Shown here piece after piece: positions 15,001-20,187 of a stretch of 64,000 bases of DNA. The notes beneath the pieces were generated by a model that worked only from the letters and a program-made list of their open reading frames with translations, ran no database searches and had not been told where the DNA came from. Within the stretch, counting starts at the first letter, position 1; each line of letters opens with the position of its first letter. The translations under genes and the position numbers were made by a program. The stretch is from Gemmatimonadota bacterium (GTDB lineage: Bacteria; Gemmatimonadota; Gemmatimonadetes; Palauibacterales; Palauibacteraceae), in assembly GCA_958295535.1 (NCBI GenBank), contig OY282356.1, positions 2,244,611 through 2,308,610 of the forward strand. The letters are read 5' to 3'.

Positions 15001-18000
15001 GGCGAGTCTCCTCGCCGACTCTCAGCTCCAGCAGCGGCGTGCCGCCCACGTCCACCGCCTTGTCGAACGTCACCGTGACCTCGATGGTCTCGCCACGCTC
15101 GAACGTGTCGCCCACCGCCGGCGAGCCGATGGACACGCCCGCCACCCCAGGCGGCCCCTGGCTGCCGTTCACCTTGTGATCGCCGTCGTCGGCGATCGCG
15201 TTCGTCCCCAACCCCAGGATCGCCGCCGTCGTCCCGTCACGAGCGTCGTTGATCGACCCGCCGTTCAGCGTCAGAGCGTTCCCCCCGACGCTGATCCCGT
15301 CGTTGTCGCTGTCCGCCGCCACCACGGCGTAGCGGAACGTCAAGCTGTCCGTACCCGTGCCCGAGACATAGTTCGCTTGGCGAATCTCCGTGCCGATTCC
15401 CAGCGCCAGCCGAGGCGTGCCGCTCACCGTCACGGGCCGCGTGAACGTCACCGCCACATCGACCGGCTCGCTTGGACCGTATGTGTCGCCGCCCGCCGGA
15501 CTGCTAGCTATCGCCGCGCCGCTCACCGCCGGAGCCGTGAACGTCCCGCCCGCCACCTTGTGGCTTCCGCTGTTCTCGATAGCGTTCGTGCCCAGACCAA
15601 GCAGCGCGTCGGTGGTTCCGCCCGCCACATCGATCGCCCCGCTGTTCAGCGACAGCGCGTTCGCCCCGATGCTGATCCCGTCGTTGTCCACGTCCGCCTG
15701 CACCACCGCGTACCCGAACACCAGCGACGCCGTCCCCGTCCCCGAGGCGTAGTCGGCCTGCCGCGTCGCCGAGCCGATCCCCAGCTCCAGCTGCGGCGTG
15801 CCGCTCACGGCCACCGCCTTGTTGAACGTCACCCTGACTTCGATGGTCTCGTCCCGCTCGAACGTGTCGCCCGCCGGCGGCGAGCCGATGGACACGCCCG
15901 TCACCCCAGGAGGCCCCTGGCCGCCGTGCACCATATGGCTAGAGCTGTTCTCGATCGCGTTCGCGCCCAGACCCAGGCTCGCCGCCATCGTCCCGTCCCG
16001 CGCATCGTTGATCGCGCCTCTGTTCAACCCCAGCGCGTTCGCCCCGACGCTGATCCCGTCGCTGTCGCTGTCGGATGCCTGCACCGTGTAACGGAACGTC
16101 AGGCTGTCCGTACCCGTGCCCGCGGCGTAGTCCGCCTGCCGCGTCGCCGAGCCGATCCCCAGCCCCAGCTGAGGCGTGCCGCTCACGGTCACCGTCCGCG
16201 TGAACGTCACCGCCACCTCGATCCGCTCGCCCTCCCCGTACGTGCCGACGTTCGCCGGACTGCTAGCTATCGCCACGCCGCTCGCCGCCGCCGCCGTGAA
16301 CGTCCCGCCCGCCACCTTGTGGCTCCCGCTGTTCTCGATCGCGTTCGCGCCCAGACCCAGCAGCGCGTCCAACGCCCCGCCCGCCACATCGATTGACCCG
16401 CTGTTCAGCGACAGCGCGTTCGCCGCGATGCTGATCCCGTCGTTGTCCTCGTCCGCCTGCACCACCGTGTACCGGAACACCAGCGACGCCGTCCGGTTGC
16501 CCGAGAGGTAGGCAGCCTGCCGCGTCGCCGAGCCGATCCCCAGCGCCAGCCGCGGCGAGCCGTCCACGTCCACCGCCTTGTTGAACGTCACCGTCGCCTC
16601 GATGGTCTCGCCCCGCTCGTAGATGTCGCCCACGACCGGCGAGTTCAGCGCCACGCCCGTCACCCCCGGCGGCCCCTGGGCGCCGTCCACCCTGTGATCC
16701 CCGTCGTTGGTGATCGCGTTCGTGCTCAGCCCCAAGCTCGCCGCCGTCGTCCCGTCACGCGCATCGTTGATCGCGCCGGTGTTCAACCCGAGCGCCGTCG
16801 CCGCGACGCTGATCCCATCCGTGTCGCTATCAGCCGCCACCACGGCGTACCGGAACGTCAGGCTGTCCGTACCCGAACCCGAGACGTAGGACGCCTGCCG
16901 CGTCTCCATGCCGATTCCCAGCGCCAGCTGAGGCGTGCCGCTCACGGTCACCGGCCGCGTGAACGTCACCGCCACCTCGATCTGCTCGCCCAGCACGTAC
17001 GTGTTGCCGCTCGCCGGGGCGCTCGCTATCGCCGCGCCGCTCACCGCCGCCGCCGTGAACGTCCCCCCCGCCACCTTGTGGCCCGTGCTGTTGCTGATCG
17101 CGTTCCCGCCCAGCCCCAGCAGCGCGTCGGTGGTCCCGCCGGCCACATCGATCGACCCGCTGTTCAGCGACAGCGCGTTCGCCGCGATGCTGAGCCCGTC
17201 CGTGTCCGCGTCGCCCGACACCACCGCGTACTCGAAGACCAGCGACGCCGTCCCCGTGCCCGAGGCGTACTCCGCCTGCCGCATCAGCGAGCCGATCCCC
17301 AGCGCCAGCTGCGGCGTGCCGTCCACGTCCACCGCCTTGTTGAACGTGACCGTGACTTCGATCGTATCGCCCCGCTCGAACGTGTCGCCCACGACCGGCG
17401 AGCCGATCGCCACGCCCGTCACCCCCGGCGGCCCCTGGCTGCCGTCCACCATGTGGCTGGAGCTGTTCGTGATCGCGTTCGCGCCCAGACTCAGGATCGC
17501 CGGCACCGTCCCGTCCCGAGCGTCGTTGATCATCCCGCTATTCAGCCCCAGCGCGGTCGCCCCGACGCTGATCCCGTCGCTGTCGCTGTCCGCTGCCACC
17601 ACGGCGTAGCGGAACGTCAGGCTGTCCGTGCCCGTGCCCGAGACATAGTTCGCCTGCCGCGTCTGCAGCCCGATCCGCAGCGCCAGTTGCGGCGTGCTGC
17701 TCACAGTCACGGGCCGCGCGAACGTCACCGACACTTCGATTCGCTCGCCCAGACCGTATGTGGCGCCGCTTGCCGGGGCGCTCGCTATCGCCACGCCGCT
17801 AGCCGCCGCAGCCGTGAACGTCCCGCCCGCCACCTTGTGGCTCCCGCTGTTCGTGATCGCGTTCGTGCCCAGGCCGAGCAGCGCGTCGGTGGTCCCGCCG
17901 GCCACCTCGATCGACCCGCTATTCAGCGCTAGAGCGGTCGGCCCGATGCTGATCCCGTCGGTGTCCGCGTCCGCCTGCACCACCGTGTACCGGAAGGTCA

Positions 18001-19522
18001 AGCTGTCAGTCCCCGAGCCCGACGCGTAATCGGCCAGCCGCGTCCGCAGTCCGATCCCCAGCCCCAGCTGCGGCGTGCCGCCCACGTCCACCGCCTTGTC
18101 GAACGTCACGGCGACCTCGATCCGATCGCCCCGTTCGAACTCGTCGCCTACCGCCGGCGAGCCGATCGCCACGCCAGTCACCTCCGGCGGCCCGCCCTCC
18201 ACCTTGTGGCTCGCGCTGTTCTCGATCGCGTTCGTCCCCAGCCCTAGGCTTGCCGCCACCGTTCCGTCGCGCGCGTCGTTGATCGACCCGCCGTTCAGCG
18301 TCAGCGCGGTCGCCCCGACGCTGATCCCGTCCGTGTCCGCGTCCGCCTTCACGACCGTGTACTGGAAGGTCAAGCTGTCCGTCCCCGAGCCCGACGCGTA
18401 GGAAGCCTGGCGGGTCTGCAGCCCGATCCCCAGCGCCAGCTGCGGCATGCCGCTCACGGTCACCGGCCGCGTGAACGTCACCGCCACCTCGATCTGTTCG
18501 CCCAGACCGTACGTGCTGCCGCTTGCTGGACTGCTAGCTATCGCCGCGCCGCTCACCCCCGCCGCCGTCAACGTCCCGCCCGCCACCTTGTGGCCCGTGC
18601 TGCTGCTGATCGCGTGAGTTCCCAGCCGCAGCACCGCGTCCGTGGTTCCGCCGGCTACATCGATCCTCCCGCCGTTCAGCCCCAGTGCGCCCGCCCCTAT
18701 GCTGATCCCGTCGGTGTCCGCGTCCGTTGCCACCACCGTATACTGGAACGCCAACGATGTCGTGCCGGTGCCCGAGGCGTAGGACGCTTGCCGCGTCGCC
18801 GACCCGATCCCCAGCGCCAACTGCGGCGTGCCGCCCACGTCCACCGCCTTGTTGAACGTGACCGTCGCCTCGATCGTCTCGCCCCGCTCGAACGTGTCGC
18901 CCACCGTCGGCGAGTTCAGCGCTATGTCCGTTATCCCCGGCGGCCCCAAGCTGCCGTCCACCTTGTAACCCGAGTTGGTGATCGCGTGGGTACCCAGACT
19001 CAGCGCCGCATCCGTCGAGCCAACCCTGATCGTTCCCCCATTCAGCGTCAGCGCGTCCGCCGCGATGCTGATCCCGTCCGTGTCGCTGTCGGAAGCCACA
19101 ACACGGTAGCTAAACCTCAGATTCCCGAAGCTTTCGTCGGTAAAGCCCGCCTGTCGCGTCGTCGATCCAATCTTCAGCGCCAGTTGCGGAGACCCGGTTA
19201 CGGTCACGTCTTGGCTGAAGCTCACCCGGACTATAATCTCCTCGTCCAGCTGGTAGCTGTGGCCGTTGGCCCAAGCATGACTGACGATGTCAACGCCGTT
19301 CACGGTCGCCTGGGCGGCCGCCAGGGAGGGGGAGAGGAGAGGGAGAGAGAGAAGGACAAGCGCCATCGCCCCGCGAGGCCAACGCACCGGCCTTCCCGCC
19401 GCGGTGCGCACACTCCCGCGCTCGCGAAACCCGCCGAGCCCGATGGCGCTAAGCACCCGAGCTAACGGCCGGTGAGAGATTGGAATAGGGACACTATGGG
19501 ATCTCTCGGTCTGACGTGACAT
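1..19522 (-). CDS. Giant secreted/surface repeat protein (adhesin-like), >=6,500 aa, 3' end outside the window
   Basis: Manual translation from ATG 19522 gives MSRQTERS...RWPRGAMALVLLSLPLLSPSLAAA/QATVNGVDIV (signal peptide), then repeats. The same frame still reads AHKVDGRATVPAVSAVSIT at bases 58-2. The ORF track lists no terminated ORF in this frame. All long + strand shadow ORFs (998, 5216, 7127, 8708, 11711, 14363, 16694, 18590) start at positions = 2 mod 3, consistent with no frameshift. The start is uncertain (alternatives 19411, 19387, 19366). Confidence 0.93.
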   Translation of the reverse strand, partial: MSRQTERSHSVPIPISHRPLARVLSAIGLGGFRERGSVRTAAGRPVRWPRGAMALVLLSLPLLSPSLAAAQATVNGVDIVSHAWANGHSYQLDEEIIVRVSFSQDVTVTGSPQLALKIGSTTRQAGFTDESFGNLRFSYRVVASDSDTDGISIAADALTLNGGTIRVGSTDAALSLGTHAITNSGYKVDGSLGPPGITDIALNSPTVGDTFERGETIEATVTFNKAVDVGGTPQLALGIGSATRQASYASGTGTTSLAFQYTVVATDADTDGISIGAGALGLNGGRIDVAGGTTDAVLRLGTHAISSSTGHKVAGGTLTAAGVSGAAIASSPASGSTYGLGEQIEVAVTFTRPVTVSGMPQLALGIGLQTRQASYASGSGTDSLTFQYTVVKADADTDGISVGATALTLNGGSINDARDGTVAASLGLGTNAIENSASHKVEGGPPEVTGVAIGSPAVGDEFERGDRIEVAVTFDKAVDVGGTPQLGLGIGLRTRLADYASGSGTDSLTFRYTVVQADADTDGISIGPTALALNSGSIEVAGGTTDALLGLGTNAITNSGSHKVAGGTFTAAAASGVAIASAPASGATYGLGERIEVSVTFARPVTVSSTPQLALRIGLQTRQANYVSGTGTDSLTFRYAVVAADSDSDGISVGATALGLNSGMINDARDGTVPAILSLGANAITNSSSHMVDGSQGPPGVTGVAIGSPVVGDTFERGDTIEVTVTFNKAVDVDGTPQLALGIGSLMRQAEYASGTGTASLVFEYAVVSGDADTDGLSIAANALSLNSGSIDVAGGTTDALLGLGGNAISNSTGHKVAGGTFTAAAVSGAAIASAPASGNTYVLGEQIEVAVTFTRPVTVSGTPQLALGIGMETRQASYVSGSGTDSLTFRYAVVAADSDTDGISVAATALGLNTGAINDARDGTTAASLGLSTNAITNDGDHRVDGAQGPPGVTGVALNSPVVGDIYERGETIEATVTFNKAVDVDGSPRLALGIGSATRQAAYLSGNRTASLVFRYTVVQADEDNDGISIAANALSLNSGSIDVAGGALDALLGLGANAIENSGSHKVAGGTFTAAAASGVAIASSPANVGTYGEGERIEVAVTFTRTVTVSGTPQLGLGIGSATRQADYAAGTGTDSLTFRYTVQASDSDSDGISVGANALGLNRGAINDARDGTMAASLGLGANAIENSSSHMVHGGQGPPGVTGVSIGSPPAGDTFERDETIEVRVTFNKAVAVSGTPQLELGIGSATRQADYASGTGTASLVFGYAVVQADVDNDGISIGANALSLNSGAIDVAGGTTDALLGLGTNAIENSGSHKVAGGTFTAPAVSGAAIASSPAGGDTYGPSEPVDVAVTFTRPVTVSGTPRLALGIGTEIRQANYVSGTGTDSLTFRYAVVAADSDNDGISVGGNALTLNGGSINDARDGTTAAILGLGTNAIADDGDHKVNGSQGPPGVAGVSIGSPAVGDTFERGETIEVTVTFDKAVDVGGTPLLELRVGEETRQASYASGTGTASLVFGYAVVQADVDNDGISIAAGALGLNSGTIDVAGGTTDANLGLGTHVISNSTGHKVAGGTFTAAAVSGAAIASNPGSDRRYWLGERIEVAVTFTRPVTVTGTPLLELRVGEGTRQASYASGTGTDSLTFRYTVQSADSDNNGIGVGANALSLNSGQINDARDAAVAVSLGLGTNAIRSSPGHRVDGSRERAAAPSVYGVHVADRPSDGTYGLDDRIRVSVGFTRPVTVSGTPQLALGIGTATRQASYVSGSGTASLGFRYTVVASDRDSDGISIAADALVLNGGEINDAGDPTISANLGLGADAFSNLAGYGVDGGEGPPGVTGVSIGSPAVGDIYELGETIEVTVTFDEAVDVGGSPRLALGIGSATRQAAYLSGNRTASLGFRYTVVQADEDNDGISIAANALSLNSGTIRRWPGTADALLGLGTNAIGNSGSHKVAGGTFTLAAASGVAIASSPASGSTYGLGERIEVAVTFTRPVTVSGTPQLALGIGTATRQANYASGTGTDSLTFRYTVQASDSDSDGISVGASALGLNSGAIDDARAGAASLGLGTNAITDDGDHKVDGSQGPPGVTGVSIGSPPAGDTFERDETIEVRVTFNKAVEVGGTPQLELGIGSATRQADYASGTGTASLVFGYAVVQADVDNDGISIGANALSLNSGAIDVAGGTTDALLGLGTNAIENSGSHKVAGGTFTAPAVSGAAIASSPAGGDTYGPSEPVDVAVTFTRPVTVSGTPRLALGIGTEIRQANYVSGTGTDSLTFRYAVVAADSDNDGISVGGNALTLNGGSINDARDGTTAASLGTNAIAADGDHKVNGSQGPPGVAGVSIGSSAVGDTFERGETIEVTVTFDKAVDVGGTPQLGLGIGSATRQADYASGTGTASLVFGYAVVQADVDNDGISIAANALSLNSGTIKVAGGMTDANLGLGLNAIQNSESHKVAGGTFTAAAANGAAIASNPGSDRRYWLGERIEVAVTFTRPVTVTGTPQLELRVGEGTRQASYASGTGTDSLTFRYTVQSADSDNNGIGVGANALSLNSGSINDARDAAVAVSLGLGTNAIRSSPGHRVDGSRERVAAPSVYGVHVADRPSDGAYGLDDRIRVSVGFTRPVTVSGTPQLALGIGAATRQASYVSGSGTASLGFRYTVVASDRDRDGISIAADALVLNGGEINDAGDPTISANLGLGADAFSNLAGYGVDGGEGPPGVTGVALNSPVVGDIYERGETIEVTVTFDEAVDVGGSPRLALGIGSATRQAAYLSGNRTASLGFRYTVVQADADNDGISIAADALSLNGGTIRRWPGTADALLDLGTNAIENSGSHKVAGATLTAAAVNGAAIASSPAGDDTYGPSERIEVAVTFTRPVTVSGTPQLALGIGTATRQANYATGTGTDSLTFHYAVQASDSDSDGISVARTALTLNSGAINDARDAAVTASLGLGTNAITDDGDHKVDGNQGPPVVTGVAIGSPVVGSTFERGETIEVAVTFNKAVDVGGTPQLALGIGLQTRQADYASGTGTASLVFGYAVVQADVDNDGISIGANALSLNSGTIDVAGGTTDATLGLGTNAIENSGSHKVAGGTLTAPAVSGAAIASSPASGSTYGLGERIEVAVTFTRPVTVSGTPQLALGIGTETRQADYASGTGTDSLTFEYAVQAADSDNDGISVGATALGLNGGSINDARDGTTAASLALGTNAVSYAITDDGDHMVDGSQGPPGVAGVAIGSPVVGDTFDLDDTIEVTVTFNKAVDVGGTPQLALGIGTATRQASYVSGTGSASLVFRYTVVQADADNDGISIAANALSLNSGTIKVAGGMTDANLGLGLNAIQNSESHKVAGGTFTAAAANGAAIASSPASGSTYGRSERIEVAVTFTRPVRIGLVTPLLELGIGAQTRQANYASGSGTDSLTFRYAVQAADSDTDGISVGAAALRLSSGAIADARDASVAASLGLGTNAIANDGDHKVDGSVATATVYSASISSAPASGDTYGAGETISVQVGFSVSVSVTGAPQLALTIGSQTRQASYASGSGTASLTFEYAVAGADADTDGIAVGADALALNGGAIRSAATGRAAVLDLGHHAISDDGDHKVDGSTATPPTVNAVTVTSSPASGNTYGAGERIEIDVGLNIEVSVSGNVQLALTIGAATRQASLLSGEIASKTLRFGYVVQAADTDANGIGVAAGALTGGVLVSTASSAIANRNLGSHAFAAAPNHNVDGSTATVPAVSAVSISSSPARRDAYGANEVIELQVGFTVVVQVSGTPQLALGIGGETAQAAYVGGSGSKTLTFQYRVGATDLDNDGISVGGGALTAGGGTIRSGVATNAALALGSHAFGNDTAHKVNGVATAPTFTSILVVSSPASGDTYGAGETIAVQVLFSLPVVVTGTPQLALTIGSATEQADYVRLVSARTLRFEYAVRPGDRDADGVSVGSGALTLAGGTIRTAGGTNALLPLVAQALNNRLSQVVKVDGSVVPVPSVTSVTISSSPASASTYAGGETISVQVGFSLPVTVTGTPQLALGIGPGTANAAYADGSGTRILTFSYAPLATDEDTDGISIGAAALSLNGGAIQSSLGADASTGLGTHAITNSGSHKVDGTTTVPVVNSVSITTSPVHAAYGERENISVQVGFSLAVTVTGAPQLGLTIGSTVRQAAYAGGSGTKTLTFDYAVQETDVDGDGISITATALSLNSGTIQSRSGTTAALTLGSHAINNANGQSVLGTGAVGSPGVLRVNSAPASGTTYAAGEVIEALVMFGGFPTVDGTPQLELTIGNAARQADFDRVSVSSLYFRYTVQAVDLDADGISIGPNALTLNGGRIYSSSISNFAIGLGDLALTNSVNHKVNGTTTVPTVNALNFAAGPGSGNSYGAGETIEVRVGFQIPVTVTGAPYVTLGIGSSTKQAAYASGSGTNTLTFHYLVQAADSDPDGITVGANALSLNSGTIQSGTGTNASLALGSHAVTDSDGHRVNGSLIAVPSVTGASLTSSPASGDTYGAGERIDVDVAFNIAVNVTGAPRLALSLGGGTRQAAYSGGSGTKTLAFSYVVQFADRDSDGVGMVASALSLAGGTIQSALGANAALDLGSHAIATASDHKVDGRAATAATVAGVTITSSPASGDTYGAGETISVRIGYQVGVTVAGTPRLALGIGSKVRQAAYASGSGTNALTFAYTVAAADSDDNGVSVGANALSLGGGAIQTGVGTAAALSLGSHAITNDAGHKVSGAATVPVVDAVSITSSPIGTHYRAGETISVQVGFQVPVTVIGAPQLTLGIGASNVQASYASGSETRTLTFGYEVQAVDSDGNGVSVNALSLNGGTIRSGTGTNAALGLGSHSISNDGSHLVNGTLLSDVTGVTITSSPASGTTYGAGETIQAVVRFGTALAVSGTPQLTLTIGASTVQANFASQSATVYTVPFDYTVKATDVDNDGISIGPNALTLNGGSIENAGGTALALYLNSHAISNSSNHKVDGPATVPAVNGASIGNPSSGQTFGAGETIPVRISFQIPVTVTGTPQLELGMGAGTVQAAYSSGSGTENLTFQYEVSATDVDTDGISIDASALGLNGGTIRSGAGTNAALGLGSSAITNSSGHRVDGSTATAPSANAVSVASAPVVGDTYRAGERIKVKVGFDIAVDVTGAPQLALAIGGFTRQAGHLSGSGTNTLTFGYSVQSSDADTDGIDVTANALSLNSGSIRSAHGEDATLGLGSHAIAAATGHKVDGSTATTPSVAGVSVTSSPAGGDTYGAGETISVGVQFQVPVIVTGTPELALGIGTEVARAAYAVGSGTRTLTFSYAVLASDRDTDGIGIGANALGLSGGTIRSGSGTDATLGLGSHVIVNLSGHKVDGPTTMPGATGLAISSTPGSGSTYEAGETILAQVTFAVPVTVTGTPRLALAIGGAAAQAAYSAGSDTKTLTFSYVVGPVDMDTDGLGIGPSALSLNGGTIRTGAGTNVNLALGAHAIAVATGHKVNGALGPPGVTVVALNSPVVGDTFERGETIEVTVTFNKAVDVGGTPQLALGIGTVTRQASYVSGTGTASLVFRYTVVQADADTDGLSIGADALALNGGSIDVAGGATDALLGLGAAAIDNSRNHKVAGASFTAPSVTGVSIASSPASGSTYGTGEAIEVAVILTRSVTVSGTPQLALGIGTETRQANYVSGTGTDSLTFRYAVVAADSDSDGISVAATALGLNSGAINDARDGTTTASLGLGTNAITDNGDHMVDGAQGPPGVTAVAIGSPAVGDIYERGETIEVTVTFNKAVDVGGTPQLALGIGAQTRQASYASGTGTASLVFRYTVASGDADNDGISIAANALSLNSGRIDVAGGATDAVLGLGANAIDNSGSHKVAGGTFTAAAVSGAEIASNPASGNTYGLGERIEVAVTFTRPVTVSGTPQLALGIGSAIRQADYASGTGTDSLTFRYTVQVSDRDTDGISVGATALGLNSGEINDARDAAVAASLELGTNAISSNSSHRVEGSLGPPGVTGVTVDLPEVGSTFERSERIEVTVTFNKAVDVDGMPQLALGIGAQTRQASYASGTGTASLVFEYTVVQADADNDGLSIAANALSLNSGSIDAAGATTDALLGLGANAIDNSFSHKVAGRTFTGAVASGAAIASAPGNGNTYGQGERIEVAVTFTRSVTVSGTPQLALGIGSETRQADYASGTGTDSLTFRYTVQASDRDSDGISVGANALGLNRGAINDARDATVAASLSTNAITNSTNHRVDGSVATATVNSVSISSAPASGDTYGAGETISVQVGFSASVTVTGTPQLALGIGSATRQAAYASGSGTGTLTFSYEVAATDQDNNGISVVSSALSLNNGTITTATSAHAALGLGSHAIADASGHKVDGPATAPVVNAVSIVTSPASGNTYGAGETISVQVDFTLPVTVTGTPTLALGIGTKTPTALYSSGSRTQTLVFTYVTKATDADTDGISVPATGLALSGGTLQSAAGVDAARGLGSHAISNAPAHKVDGRATVPAVSAVSIT
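47..19310 (-). repeat. Array of 51 tandem ~378-bp (~126-aa) coding repeats
   Basis: The unit-end motif (HKVxG-like, ccaccttgtgg on +) was counted 51 times from ~47 to ~18958. Consensus: Y..GE.IEV.VTF...V.V.GTPQLALGIG..TRQA.YASG.GT..L.F.YTV...D.D.DGIS....L.LN.G.I. Confidence 0.9.
10830..16130 (-). repeat. Higher-order tandem duplication of a 7-unit block (~2,652 bp)
   Basis: Near-identical text recurs at offset 2652-2658: shadow ORFs 10833/13485, 11711/14363, 12006/14658 and 12732/15390, and the distinctive unit ending at 11371/14023. Boundaries are approximate. Confidence 0.88.
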
Positions 19523-19606
19523 TCAGCCAGGGGGCGGCGGCAGGGACTCGCCGTTCTCGGCAATCAGGCACTATCAATGAAAATAGCCAAGCTAGTGCGC
19601 TTCCGT

Positions 19607-19660
19607 CCACACTCCAAGCTAACCCTCCTGGCCCACACTCCAAGCTAACCCTCCTGGCCC
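19607..19660. repeat. 2 x 26-bp perfect tandem repeat upstream of the giant gene
   Basis: ccacactccaagctaaccctcctggc at 19607-19632 and 19633-19658. Confidence 0.9.
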
Positions 19661-20005
19661 TCCTCCGCGCGGAGGCGAACTGGCTGGCACTCGGATCTGA
19701 CGGACGTCAGGAACCCTTCGCCCGCGAGAAGATCATTGCCTCGGTTGGACGCATATGCAGAAGGGAATCCACGTGCCCGTCTCCAGCGGATCAGAGTCCC
19801 ATTCCACGATCTGGGGCAAGACCGTGCGTCGACTCGGAAGGGAACAGTGCAGACATTTCAGGTTCGCGTTCAGGCCGACGCCGACAAGGAGCGGATAGCC
19901 TCCGCAATCGCCAACAATCTCGCGGCTCGCGGTCTTTGGGGCGGGGCCACGCCGCCTTCAAGCGACAGCCAAGGTGACAACACACCGGAGGCGGTTCCGA
20001 TCTGA
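19649..20005 (+). pseudogene. Possible 3' remnant of an unidentified gene
   Basis: The frame is open from 19649 to 20005 with only a weak TTG start. The C-terminus looks protein-like (TVQTFQVRVQADADKERIASAIANNLAARGLW). No family recognised. Confidence 0.25.
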
Positions 20006-20187
20006 TCGGGACAGCGCTCGGGATCCGGGATCGTGCGAAAGAGGCAGCGGCGGTTCGATTCGACGCGCGGGGCCGATCCCGGAGCGGCTATCTGAACAAG
20101 CCGTAGCGACGGGCCCGGCGGCCTGCGCTTCCGCGTGAACGGCCGATTCCGGAGCTCTGCCCGAACGAAGCCGTAGGAGCGGCGGCG

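Noticed and set aside
998-19465. Long + strand ORFs (998..5173, 5216..6814, 8708..11038, 11711..13690, 14363..16396 and others)
   Set aside because: They are Arg/His-rich antisense shadows, all in codon register with the real minus-strand giant gene, as expected in high-GC DNA.
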